Assembly (NCBI GenBank): GCA_052426225.1
Contig: JBNJNM010000013.1
Coordinates: 868,001 to 932,000 of the forward strand
Direction of reading: 5' to 3'
Origin: Zancudomyces culisetae HAW-14-8
Taxonomy: Eukaryota; Fungi; Kickxellomycota
Length of the DNA: 64,000 bases
Part shown: piece by piece, positions 57,896 to 64,000 of the stretch
Position numbering within the stretch: position 1 is the stretch's first letter
How the letters are laid out: each line of letters begins with the position of its first letter
Notes under the pieces: generated by a model
Database searches by the model: none
Seen by the model: the letters and a program-made list of their open reading frames with translations, nothing else
Told to the model about the DNA's origin: nothing
Program-made: the position numbers and the translations under genes

Positions 57896-58559
57896 CCAGC
57901 ATTTTTAGCTATGGCTCATACTTTCACTGCCAACAGCAATTAAAACAGGTAAATAAATTTCACAATTGTAGTTTAATTATTGGCTCGTCTTGGTTCCATC
58001 CTTTGCGTTTAATAATTGATTGTTTTAGCCTGAAATTATTTTGTAAATCTAACAACAAACCAAAAAGGAAAAACCTCTGTTGCTTTTTACACATCATTAA
58101 CATTTATTTTTTTTCTTTTTGCAAGTGGACGGGATTGTATTTACATTTTGCATTTTAAACTAAACTAAACTAAGCTAAAGCTAAGGTAAGATAAAAACTA
58201 GGCGAGAAAGCTGCCCACGTAAAACTTGCAGTAAATAATTAGCTAGTAAAAAATATTGATGTTAACCGCTTCAATCACAATTGCCCTGTTATTCTTTTTA
58301 TAGCACACATTTTAAATTAAAAATAAAAAAGCAGCATTTGACTGTATATTGAAATTAAGCCAAATTATAATTATTTTTAAAACCATATTTCTCAATAATA
58401 TACACAATTACCTGCTGTACAAAGACAAAAAAGCATCAAAAATCTGTCCGATATAGTAGAAACAAGGTACATAAAGTACAAGGGTAAACAAATTCTACAG
58501 GACAGGATATATTCAAAGAGTATAAAAGATAGAAAGATAGTAAAAAGTAGAATGAAAAA

Positions 58560-61408
58560 ATGAAAGCGGCATACAAGAGATTTGTCGGGCTGCTTTTCCT
58601 GTTTCTAGGGCTAATTGTAGCATCAACGAGTGAAAAGCTCCAAAACACGAAAAAAATCAAGGTGGTTCGGGCAGTAAATGTCAAAAAGCGGGTAGAAAAT
58701 GCGGATAAAAGTAGAGAAGAAAGCATAGCAATGATAAAATTGTTTGAAAACAAGTATCCATACGCCTACAACGTTTATTTACGCTCCAACAGTGCCAAAG
58801 GCACGTTTGGAATCGAGCTTCCAGGGTTTTTGAGGACTAAAGCGCCAACAGAAAAAGAAAATAGCGATTCAGCAAAGGTTTTGAAACAGATGAGAAGCAA
58901 AGAAAGAAAGAAGAAGATTGAAAAGTTCAAAAGTAGGATGCATGTGAAGGTCATCCAGGCATACGAAAATCTGAAAATACTTTGCGAAAATGGGGATATT
59001 GAAAGTGAACGGTTTTTGGCTGAAATGGAGTTTTTTGGGAAAGGTGGCTCAATAATAGATCTAAAGTCGGCGTTTAAAAGGTACGAACGTATAGCACAGA
59101 AGATAGGTGACCCAGAAGCACAGTTTATGTTGGCTATATTTTATACTTTGGGGTTGGGAGGGATTAAGCGCAATCCTGGGTTGGCGACGACATACCTGAC
59201 CCTTTCGGCGCAACAAGGGTATAATAGGGCGGAATTGATGATGGGATTTAGGTATATGGAGGGAATCGAAACTATGAATGATTGCGAAAAATCAATGCAC
59301 TATTATAACAGAGTAGCCAATAAAGGTAAGAGTGTCTGTAGTTGTATATGATGGCAATTATTTCCAACTTTTCATTTTACTTTTTGCAATTGAATTATGA
59401 ATGAAGAGTTATTTATACAAACAAAAAATAAATAGCAATGAAAGCATACTATGATGGCCCACCACTTGGGAAAGCGTTTGAGGATACAAGAGGGTATGTG
59501 TATACTCGGGGAAGTGGGTTATACGGTACCAATGCTAGAGCATCTACAAAGCCAATATTTAAAAGCAAAAAAGAGATGATGGAGATAATAGAGTACTACC
59601 AGTTCAGACTGACCAACAAGGATATAGAAGCGTATGTGGTGTTGGCCGATCTTTATCTGAAAGGACACGAGTTTATTCCGGTAGACTACACCAAATCCAG
59701 AAAATATTTGTTGGAAGTATCGACAATGTTGTTTAACCTAGATACGCTCACGTTGAAAAAACCCAACGAAGTTAAACATGTAGATAATGCCAAAAAGGTG
59801 TGTGGAATGTTGGGCAGTATTTATCTGAATGGACTTGGAGTGAAGCAAGATCTCGGGTTAGCAAAACAATGGTTGAATTTGGGATTGGAATTGAAGGATG
59901 GGTTTTCAATAAATGCACTTGGTCAAATGTACTTGGATGGGCTGGGCGTAGAGCAAAGCACATCAACAGCAAAAGCGCTTTTCAAACAAGCAGCGTTTGA
60001 GGGAAGCACAGATGGGTTGGTAAACTATGCATTGTCTTTGATAGATGGGTCACCAACTCTCGCATTTGAGTACTTTTCAAAGGCGAAATTCTTCTCATCC
60101 AACATAAGAGCGGCGTACTACATGGCAGACATGTATCGCGATGGAATAGGGACATTCAAATCGTGCACATCAGCAGCATATGGGTATGGTGGGGTTGGGT
60201 ATATGGGCGATTGGGCGGGTTCTTTGCTTAAAGAAGGAGATAAAGCGTATGAGCGCGGGGCTATTGAAAGTGCTTTGCTGAACTACCTGGTAGCTGCCGA
60301 GATTGGAATGAAAGTAGGAATTGCAGACACAGCGTATTTGTTGGAAAAGCAAATTAAATTGTTGGAAGAGTCTGGGGATGAGCCTTTGTTGTTTGGTAAT
60401 CTCAAGCGATACAAAAAACTGTTGGCGGTGTATTACACTCGAGCAGCAAATATGAGAGTTCCTGATGCACGGTTGAAACAAGGCGACATGTACTATTACG
60501 GTATAGGCGTCGATCGAGACTATGGGAAAGCATCGTCTGCATACTTGTTGTCAGCAGAAAACGATGGGGATGCAATGGGTATGTATAACATAGGATACAT
60601 GTATGAATTTGGGATTGGTGTACAAAGGGATTACCATTTGGCTAAGCGGTGGTATGATAAGAGCTTAGAAGCGTATGGTAAAGGTGCACTAGCTATTTAT
60701 ATAAGTTTGTGTAGACTGGCAGTAAATTACTATTACTCTAAATGGGTTAAAGGTGAAAATGTTGGACGACTGCCATTGTTTGGAGCACCAAGTATTGAAG
60801 ATACAAGACTTGGTGGTGCAAACTCACCGTTGGTACAAAAGGATGGTTTTGGTGCTGGTTCTTTGAACCGGCTTGATAACAAGGATGGTTTAAACACGAA
60901 TCAAAACCAAAATAATAAAGAAAGCGAAAATAAGAATGAAGATGGAAATGGAAATGAAAATGAAAACTTGGGCGGAAAACTGAATATTAGTTTTGGAATT
61001 GATGATTCGCATCTAATTATAATTTTGTGTTTACTTTTGGGTTATTTTATGGTTATGAGAAGAAGAAGGGTTCTGCAAGATAGACAATTGAATGAAGGTG
61101 ATGAAATAAGGTTGGGAAATATCCCATCAGCACAACAGAGTACCCCTGCCTCTTCCTCTACTTCTGCTAGTACATCTTCTGCGCCTGTTACTGCTGCTGC
61201 TGCTGCTGCTGCTCCTTCACCACTACCACCACCATCATCATCACCACCGCTTCCCTCTACCACTACTTTCACTACCACTCCCATAAATAATGCCAAAATG
61301 ACAGAGAATAAAAGTGATACCAGCGTCAATACTGACAATAGTGGTATTTTAGATAGTTCCGAGAAATCCAGTGACAAAGGTAATAGCAACTCTGTCCAAA
61401 CAGATTGA
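58560..61408 (+). CDS. HRD3: ERAD component Hrd3/SEL1L; exons 58560-59325 and 59436-61408
   Basis: Signal peptide, many Sel1 repeats, YYTRAAN...DARLKQGDMYYYG, MYNIGYMYEFGIGVQRDYHLAKRWYD, C-terminal TM helix followed by RRRR. Intron GTAAGA..ATAG. Confidence 0.94.
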
Positions 61409-61741
61409 TACATGCATATGCATATGTGTATGTGTATGTGTATTTATTTTTATTTTTGTTTTTGTTTTTGTTTAATAGTAGTATACTGGCTCGTTTTACC
61501 CTGTTTTTTTTTTAGCTGATAGAATAACAATGTTTGTAAAAAGTAATAAAAGAAACATTACTTTTTAAAATATTGGAAACATGTAGAACTAGAAAAAGAG
61601 TAGGGAAACGGATGATGATGTGTTAGAGTGGTGGAGTGGTAGTAGGAGTAGGTTCTAATGTAATTATAAAGATCAATCGAATAAAACGAAATAAAATAAA
61701 ATGAAATAAAATAAAATAAAGGGTAGGTAATAACAAACCCC

Positions 61742-64000
61742 CTAGTTAGCTGAAATAAAGTTTATAAAAAATGCCTTGAAAAGTTTGGCATCTAAAAAGG
61801 CCAAAGATTTTACAAACAAGAGGCATTTCGAGTTTATATCGCTTTGATCAATGTTACCATTAGAATCTCTATTATTGGACTTTTCAAAACCAATATTGGC
61901 ACCAGCAGCTCCGTTTACTCCAAGACCCGTTGATGATGGATTTACACCAGACGTGTTTTTCATTGATGCTGAATTTCCGAGTGAATTTCCACTTGGGTTC
62001 TTTGCAGAACCTGCATTTCCAACCAACCCTGTTTGTGATGTAGATGCACCACCACTGCCAGATGTTGCTCCAATTCGTTCCATCAGAAACTTTGGCAGAT
62101 AATCAATTGCCAAACCCCTCATAAAGTTGTTTCGACTACAATACCCAGGCTGATGATGTTGTTGTTGTTGTTGTTGTTGTTGTGAGGACAAAGCTCCACC
62201 TACCAAAATAGGTTCGATTCCAAAAGCTTCTCCATGTTGATATAATGCACTGGCTCTATTTCTAGGTGCCAAAATCAATACAGTTCCATCTTTGGAAATA
62301 ACAGCTTCTCCAAGTGTACGTACCATTTGTTGCCGCTGTTGCTCACCCAGTTCTGTTCCTACTTCTGGACCTGTTCCTTGATTAATAACATTGGGTTCCA
62401 TATTTGCAAGTGTTAAACCCCTCAAGATTCCACAGAGTTCGGTAATTACCTGCGAACTTTGAGCATCCGAACTGTTAAACATAGGATTTGTCGGAATTGT
62501 AAAACACAGCGGAACCACCTGATTCTGTATAAACATCATGTATTCCTGTCGCACACGCAACGTTGAACCAAAACCTGTCTGCTGGGATGAGATATGTTCG
62601 CGTTGTTGCTGATCCCACACACTAACTAACTCAATTCCCACACTTCGTGCAGCTAGCTGGCGAGATGTCATCTTTTTATTGGCATCTGTTGAGGTATTCG
62701 AGTTCCCATCTTTATTACCAAAGACACCAAACTGAGAATTATCGCCATTTCCAGGCAGTCTTTGCGTCTTGGGTGGCAAAACAGCACCACTGTTCAACAC
62801 ACTGCCAATCTGCATCAAAGAAATGTTACCCACAGCATAATCACCACGAGTATCAACAAGCCACGCCAAAATGGTCTTTTGGAAAATGTTAAATGCCATC
62901 TTTTGCAGCTGTGGCGACAAACAATCGGTAGCCAAGTCCAACAACGTGCCAAACACTATAGATATATGTCGTGCATTTGCTGGTACCAAAAAGATTATAT
63001 CAAGGTCAGCCGAAAAAATAGCCCCAAACCATCCCAAATACGCACGCTTCAAGTCGGCAAGCATCACAGCATCGTCAGTACCGCTGATTATGCTGGTATT
63101 CATCAATGAATATGCTTTTTCAACCACTACCAACACTAGCTCGCTCATCGTCTGAGCAATAAATGGCTTAAACTTGTGCATAACCAATCCTAAAAATGCT
63201 AGAAAATCGCTAAACTCATTCATCAGGCAATTAGGAAGAAGCCCGCCAATCAACCGCGGCAAATAACCCAACGCATCTTGCCCCAACGCAGACAACAGTC
63301 GCACAAATGCAAGCCGCACGCCTTCTCTAACTATGGAAAATCCATTCAATCTTTCCAGCACTGCTATAGTTGTATCTGCCGCCTTTACCAAAGCCTCCTT
63401 TGTAACTGGAGAAATGTTCAGGTCGGAAACTAATGTGTCGTTAGTCACACGAACTTTGGCTTCTGGAAATCCCATGGCCACAGCTCCCAGTGCTGCCAGA
63501 ATATTCCTGGTCTGAAGCAAATATATAGGCTGCTGAGCTATCATCTCTACGGATTGATTCATGATCTCTCCCAACCCTAACAGTAATGGGTCCAAAAGCT
63601 GATTTAAAAATGCCGACCTTTGATCATCTGGGAAAGATAAAGGCGAGAGAACGACTCCACATATTTCAAACAAATAAATTTGCGAATCAAAGATACCATG
63701 ACCTAGCACATTAAGCATTTCTGGGTTGCTCACATCGATCTGCGGATCTATTTGGATTGTCAGATGTGGCAAAATACTCTGCATAATATCAGGAATATAT
63801 GGAACCAGTAGTTGCACACCAACATTTTTAATAAAACGTAAAAACAAGTACCAAACTCTTGTCCGGACATGTTTTGATGGATGACATATCCCACGTTCAT
63901 CAAGGAATGGCCCTAATCCCATTGAAAGCGCATCTTTACGTGCTTCAAACAAACCACCTATTTTTATGCATGTTTCAAAGAACAGTAGCGTGATGTATGG
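61742..64000 (-). CDS. LOS1: Exportin-T (tRNA exportin), 3' part; open to the window edge
   Basis: FLDERGICHPSKHVRTRVWYLFLRF, FDSQIYLFEICG, SGTDDAVMLADLKRAYL, F...DAQ; HEAT-like helices. Confidence 0.9.
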   Translation of the reverse strand, partial: PYITLLFFETCIKIGGLFEARKDALSMGLGPFLDERGICHPSKHVRTRVWYLFLRFIKNVGVQLLVPYIPDIMQSILPHLTIQIDPQIDVSNPEMLNVLGHGIFDSQIYLFEICGVVLSPLSFPDDQRSAFLNQLLDPLLLGLGEIMNQSVEMIAQQPIYLLQTRNILAALGAVAMGFPEAKVRVTNDTLVSDLNISPVTKEALVKAADTTIAVLERLNGFSIVREGVRLAFVRLLSALGQDALGYLPRLIGGLLPNCLMNEFSDFLAFLGLVMHKFKPFIAQTMSELVLVVVEKAYSLMNTSIISGTDDAVMLADLKRAYLGWFGAIFSADLDIIFLVPANARHISIVFGTLLDLATDCLSPQLQKMAFNIFQKTILAWLVDTRGDYAVGNISLMQIGSVLNSGAVLPPKTQRLPGNGDNSQFGVFGNKDGNSNTSTDANKKMTSRQLAARSVGIELVSVWDQQQREHISSQQTGFGSTLRVRQEYMMFIQNQVVPLCFTIPTNPMFNSSDAQSSQVITELCGILRGLTLANMEPNVINQGTGPEVGTELGEQQRQQMVRTLGEAVISKDGTVLILAPRNRASALYQHGEAFGIEPILVGGALSSQQQQQQQQHHQPGYCSRNNFMRGLAIDYLPKFLMERIGATSGSGGASTSQTGLVGNAGSAKNPSGNSLGNSASMKNTSGVNPSSTGLGVNGAAGANIGFEKSNNRDSNGNIDQSDINSKCLLFVKSLAFLDAKLFKAFFINFISAN

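Overview
Eukaryotic nuclear DNA: AT-rich, gene-dense, with short GT-AG introns. Gene content and divergence point to an early-diverging fungus; Kickxellomycotina/Harpellales is my inference from sequence style only. I count 19 protein-coding genes: U1A/U2B'' (partial), Src1/Man1, TMEM128-like, PFS2/WDR33, COA8, HAC1/XBP1-type bZIP, TRAPPC11, metacaspase, HMG-CoA lyase, ERCC1, PUS1, MTR4, SERCA, a fungal-TF-domain protein, an orphan membrane protein, bL36m, MVD1, RIC1, HRD3/SEL1L, plus a partial exportin-T at the right edge. Strongest finding: the bZIP gene has a 75-nt non-spliceosomal IRE1-type intron (minus strand 14951-14877) bounded by two CNG'CAGN stem-loops. Removing it keeps the frame, deletes three stop codons and fuses two ORFs into a 369-aa factor. 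Other leads: an orphan ORF whose C-terminal part resembles an ABCD/PXA membrane domain with no ATPase domain, a very regular pentapeptide prion-like metacaspase prodomain, a fungal TF domain lacking its Zn2Cys6 cluster, a two-ATG PUS1, a zone of hexamer-repeat expansion inside housekeeping genes, and faint hAT/LINE relics. No tRNA, rRNA or CRISPR was found. All family calls come from motif recognition, not database searches.
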